Shown piece after piece: positions 61,950-64,000 of a stretch of DNA of 64,000 bases (the first letter of the stretch is position 1; every line of letters begins with the position of its first letter). Under the pieces are notes generated by a model. It had not been told where the DNA came from and did no database searches. It was given only the letters and a program-made list of their open reading frames with translations. Position numbers and translations under genes: made by a program. This stretch comes from Squalus acanthias (Eukaryota), in assembly GCA_030390025.1 (NCBI GenBank), contig CM059431.1, positions 101,000,001 through 101,064,000 on the forward strand. The letters run 5' to 3'.

Positions 61950-63050
61950 CTATTAATGGTATGTTGGCCTTTATTACAAGAGGAGTTGAGTATAAGAGTA
62001 AAGAAAAAAAGACTTGCATTTATATAGCACCTTTCACGACGACCGGACGTCTCAAAGCGCTTAACAGCCAATGAAGTATTTTTGAAGCAATGTGGGAAAC
62101 GCGGCAGCCAATTTGTGCACAGCAAGCTCCCACAAACAGCAATGTGATAATGACCAGATAATCTGTTTTTTGTTTTGTTGGTTGAGGGATAACTATTGGG
62201 CCCAGGACACCGGGGATAACTCCCCTGCTCTTCTTCGAAATAGTGCCATGGGATCTTTACGTCCACCTGAGAAAGCAGACAGGGCCTCGGTTTAACGTCT
62301 CATCCGAAAGACGGCACCTCCGACAGTGCAGCACTCCCTCAGCACTGCACTAGGAGTATCAGCCTAGCTTTATGTGCATAAGTCCCTGGAGTGGGACTTG
62401 AACCCACAACCTTCTGACTCAGAGGCGAGTGTGCTACCAACTGAGCCACAGCCGACACTTACTGCAATTATATAGGGCCCTGGTGAGACCACACCTGGAG
62501 TATTGTGTACAGTTTTGGTCTCCTTACCTAAGGAAGGATATACTTGCCATAGAGCGAGTGCAATGAAGGTTCACCAGACTGGTTCCTGGGATGGGGGGGA
62601 TGTCCTATGAGGAAAGATTGAGTAGACTAGGCTTATATTCTCTAGAGTTTAGAAGAATGAGAGGTGATCTCATTGAAACATACAAAATTCTTACAGGACT
62701 TGACAGTGTAGATGCAGGGAGGATGTTTCCCCTGGCTGGGGAGTCTAGAACCAGGGGTCACAGTCTCAGAACAAGGGGTCAGCCATTTAGGATTGAGATG
62801 AGGAGAAATTTCTTCACTCAGAGGGTGGTGAATCTTTGGAATTCTCTACCCCAGAGGGCTGTGGAGGCTCAGTCGTCGAGTGTATTCAAGACAGAGATCA
62901 ATAGATTTTTGAATATTAAGGGATTCAAGGGATATGGGGATAGTGCAGGGAAGTGGAGATGAGGTAGAAGATCAGCCATGATCTTATTAAATGGCAGAGC
63001 AGGCTCAAAGGGCCAAATGGCCGACTCCTGCTCCTATTTCTTATGCTCTT
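61950..63050 (+). mobile_element. CR1 3' fragment interrupted by a DeuSINE (-, ~62000-62455)
   Basis: GMLAFITRGVEYKSK continues as [13 protein letters not shown] after the SINE. Confidence 0.88.
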
Positions 63051-63689
63051 AATCAGTCTTAATTAGAAACGCTGGTCAATTCTAGCATGTTTGAACCCTT
63101 TATCTGTGTCTAGGATTTCCTCCAATGTACAGATTAACCTTTTTAGCCAAGCCAAATTGCCTGTACTGTATCCAGGATGACTAACCTTCCTACAAACATG
63201 TCCAAAATCCCCCGAGCTTTCCCAGAGTTGTATAGGTTTATTCACCAGTGTGAAAAATTCCATATTCTAATGGCTTGACATGGAGTATCTGTTTCTATAA
63301 TAAAGAGGATATAAACTAGGAAGAATCAATATCCTCATTCCCATAAAAGCTTTTTTTAAACACAGCAAAATAACATTTAAACAGAAAATATTTGCAACTC
63401 ACAAAGCCTACTTATATCAATTCTGAAAAAGGCTCTGATGAGAACATTCAAGAACAAGGAAAGGTCACTTAACCAAGTCCTGGAGTAGAGCTTCAAAGCA
63501 CAACCCTCTGACTCAGCAGGCTCAAGTGCTGCTAACTGAGCAAGACTGACACTTGAAAAGGAGTTTAAATGAAAACAAATGAAAGTAGCTCTTACTTTAA
63601 CAATATTTACCAAATATAATTCCAGATGGTCTTTATTTGTCCAAAAACAGGGACAAAATTTTGGGAAACAATTTGAGAATGTCATTAAA

Positions 63690-64000
63690 AAAGCTTTATT
63701 AATAGGGGCATACAGTACAAAAGCAAGGAAGTTATGATCAACCTTTATGAAACACTGGTTGGGCCTCAGCTGGAGTATTGTGTTCAATTGTTGGCACAGC
63801 ACTTTAGGAAGGATGTCAAGGCCTTGGAGAGGGTGCAGAGGAGATTTACTGGAATGGTACCAGGGATGAGCCACTTCGGTAATCTGGAGAGACTGGAGAA
63901 GCTGGGATTGTTCTCCTTAGAGCAGAGAAGGTTAAGAGGATATTTGATAGAGGTGTTCAACAGTTTTGCTAGAATAAATAAGGAGAAGCTGTTTCCTTTG
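63690..64000 (+). mobile_element. CR1 fragment running off the window end
   Basis: LEYCVQ...ALERVQRRFT...LGLFSLEQRRLRG peptides. Confidence 0.85.

Overview
This is vertebrate nuclear DNA, not microbial. The repeat content (HER1-type CR1 LINEs, L2 LINEs, SacSINE1-like DeuSINEs, Penelope-like elements, PIF/Harbinger relics) points to a cartilaginous fish, probably a shark. Well over half the window is transposable-element sequence, often nested. Main features: (1) an apparently intact full-length CR1 LINE at ~190-4849, with a 76-bp monomer-array 5'UTR, an esterase ORF1 and an APE-RT ORF2; (2) Penelope-like insertions carrying minimal hammerhead ribozyme motifs, including a 209-bp fold-back element with a hammerhead core on each strand, three of them flanked by similar 12-13-bp AT-rich target duplications; (3) a CpG-island promoter at ~55.24-55.70 kb with a tandem array of CCAAT boxes. 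This promoter appears to drive a minus-strand spliced transcript whose first two candidate exons encode only a short Arg/Leu-rich peptide; I cannot name the gene. Most short ORFs in the track are TE fragments or noise. Repeat boundaries were read by eye and are approximate unless a TSD or TIR is quoted.
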